Positions 61,209 to 64,000 of a DNA stretch of 64,000 bases are shown here, in pieces. Location of the stretch: the NCBI GenBank assembly GCA_010015805.1, contig ML978128.1:1674001-1738000 (forward strand), given 5' to 3'. How positions within the stretch are numbered: position 1 is the first letter of the stretch; every line of letters begins with the position of its first letter. A program made the position numbers and the translations under genes. Origin of the DNA: Rhizodiscina lignyota (taxonomy: Eukaryota). The notes below the pieces were generated by a model. It did no database searches, was not told the origin of the DNA, and saw only the letters and a list, made by a program, of their open reading frames with translations.

Positions 61209-64000
61209 GCTGGTCTCAGAGAAAGAGGGGGCGTTGCGGAGAAGGGACATGGAAGCAGTCTGAGCGAATTTTGTCGTCTTACTTGGTAGAGCTTCATTTG
61301 TATTTTTGATGAGATATGAACAAAAAGGAGAACTGTATGAATGAACACCGTAGTCTATGAAATTTGCATCTCTGAATCTGACGCTCATCGACTGTGAGTA
61401 TGAACGAAAATGGGCATAGTTCGACTTTCTCGAACTTGAGTCTCGTCGTCCGACTCAACGGCGCGAAGGGCCGTAAAGACGTGGTAGTCGCGTGGAGAAG
61501 TGCATCTCGGTATCCTGCGTTGATAACTGAACGGCCGAAGACATCAATGCCATTGCACGCTCCTCTACGAGGCCGCCTCGCCGCAGCGCCGTAGGATTTG
61601 CATCGTCTTGCACGTGTTCGCCAGTGAGCAAGCCACGCTCGCCAAGGTAGGTAGACGCTTTGTCACGTTCTGTGTACGACGGCCTCGATCTGCACGGATA
61701 GACGGCTATGTGCCGCGCGCTGCATTTGGAGAACTCCCCGGTTATATTTGTGGAGGTATAGACGGTCAATGTACTGTACCCCAGATTGCACTACCAGCAG
61801 TTGAACGGGGTGGTAGTGCGAGGCGCGAGGCGCGATGCGTGTAACTGTAGATTAACATATTGGGGAGTAAAGTCGAGTATTTTCATAGAGAGACACAGTT
61901 TGACTTTTGTTAGCTGCTGTTGCTAGAAGAGACTTGAGTATGCGGAGAAATCTGGATATAACAGTCCTCCGTATATGGTGACACTTCGGAGCAGAATTGC
62001 CGTTTGAGATGAAGATGAATGACAAAGGCGTCTTATGACTCCTCGGAGAATGGCCCTGATGGGAGAGGCATTGCCAAGATCGACATAAATGTTTCAGTCT
62101 CATAAAAAGTGGTGGTCGAACCCAATCCACCGACCCGGTAAACGGTCGGTTAAAACGGTCGATCGTGAAACAACCTCGTCACACATGATCAGCGCAAACA
62201 AAACATTTTCAGAAGGATGCCCGAAACAAGGCCGTGAAAATGAGCACAGTTTGTGACTTGAGGATCTATCGAGCCCCTTTTGCACAAGTTTCCGTTTGAC
62301 GAGCGCGGAGCAGACTGCAAACGACCATATCATAACACACTAAGCACACATGGCGGTCCAGTCGACCGACTTTAATGGCGGCAACATAAACAAATCTCCG
62401 AGTAGATGGTGATGAATGCAGGTTGAAATGCAGGAAGCCGTGCTGGCGGGAGGAAGCGTTCGCGTGCCATGTTGGATAATTGTTGCTGTGCTGATAATGA
62501 TGATGAGATATGTAGCACACATTCTTCATCGAAATGATGCATTTCGGCAATAAGCACTCATTTGGGATAAGGTAACAAATAACAGATACCCATGAGAAAG
62601 CGATGGCAAAATGTGCCCGCGATTAGGCATCGAATGATGACCTTCGTTTCGCTAAGCGCCTTATATCCGCCGTTTCAGAAAACAGAGTTCTCACGCCAGC
62701 GGCGAACCAAGGTGCGCCGCTTCACCGTCGCATTAGAGTTCTGACATGAGCTGTTTGTTCGATCTCTTTTCAGATCCGGAGAGGAATGCGAGAGAACCTG
62801 GTTACGACTGGGGTGGCCTGATGACGAAACAAGGAACAGGGAAGAGAGAAACGGTTCGCGAAGGGGGAACTCGAAGCTGAGTAGTACAGAGGTGAAGCGA
62901 AACAAGGACGCGAGAGAGTTTGTGTTCCTACGTTGGAGCTGCTTTCCGCATGATGCCATGCAGAGTCAAACTGGTTGAGTTTAGGCGAGTGGTGCAGCTT
63001 CGTTGATCGACGCCTTGCAGAGAGCTGTTATTCCTTGGTTCACCCCGCAGTGCTTCCTGGAGATGGAGAAGTTAGGTTTCAACGATAGATGGAGGTGGGT
63101 CCACTGGTCATGAGTGCAGCCGAGTTGGGTCAGCTCGTGGCAGCGTTCCTTGAAGGTTTGCCAGACACTTGGCTGAGAATGCGCAACCCACCGTGAAGGC
63201 TAGACTTGAAGTGAAGACACAGTAAACCGAAGTCTCGATTGAGAAAGGAAAGACCAAGTTTCATGATGGTGAACGAGGCGAAGGTCTCAGTTCACAACGT
63301 ACTGCAAGCAGCAACGGCACAGCGGATTCGGCATGATTCCAAGCTGCGTGTGCAGCGTCGGCTAGCGAAACCCTTTCCGCGTCCAGGCTTGCAGGGTCGG
63401 CAAACGTTTCAAGCAGAATGATCTGGCCACAAGGCGTTGAAGGATGTTTACGAACAAAGGACCAACGAAGATTGTGAATTGTGCAAACTCTGGCAGATGC
63501 AAAAACGGACCGTTTGGAACGCCACTCCTTTTACTCGCCGTCGGCCCGTCGTTGGCCTTCCCACTAGCGGTACATACCGTAGGAAGCAGGCGGCGGTTTT
63601 GGAGTGGGACCGAAGGTGTTCAGTGCGTGCGGCAGGCCGACGCGTCCACCAGGGAGCTTTGCGAGAAATTCGAAATCATGCGTAAGACGGCGGTTTGTTG
63701 AGCGTCAGGAGGAAATTCAAATCCGCCGTTTGCAGTCCACCTGGAATTTGGAAGTCATGACAGGTGACGCGTGGAACCCACGAGGGAATTGCGCTGCTGG
63801 GCAACGACTGGAGCGCGCATGAACAGCACATGACAGCAGACGGCCAGGCATGTCAAGTCAAACGGGTCTCGTACGGGACGTCTTGTCCTTTGCTTGGACG
63901 CTCTTGGATGTGCTCATGAAGCGAAGGGAATACGGAGGTTGCACAACGACGCCTACACGTGAGACTGTACGACGCGGCTGTGCACCGATGGGACAGTGGA

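Overview
Gene-dense region of a filamentous ascomycete (Pezizomycotina) genome: short GT-AG introns with CTRAC/CTAAC branch sites, no operons, CRISPR or recognisable rRNA/tRNA. Conserved genes identified by motif: Usp-domain protein, GPR89/GPHR-like membrane protein, ERG25, MYND-finger protein, Zn2Cys6 TF, 2OG-Fe(II) oxygenase, DUF3292 protein, pterin carbinolamine dehydratase, KapC-like bZIP, lunapark, GRIP golgin, quinate-permease-like MFS, Gfo/Idh/MocA oxidoreductase, I9 protease inhibitor, Pcf11, adenylate kinase, FAH-family hydrolase and an RBR E3 ligase. Two accessory stretches interrupt these genes. The first (~12-15.4 kb) holds a pseudogene with a HicA-like tail and a degenerate repeat whose sibling lies near 54.7 kb. 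The second (~31.3-39.7 kb) holds two inverted paralogs of an unknown protein with serine-recombinase-like motif spacing, one fused in frame behind a decayed Ty3/Gypsy reverse transcriptase, plus an OTU-like protease relic and a 55-bp tandem array. This second island is the best candidate for an undescribed system. Also notable: an intron-split start codon in ERG25, a duplicated acceptor and lid motif in the FAH gene, and a secreted Thr-rich protein built by exon+intron module duplication. All calls come from manual reading and translation; no database searches were run.
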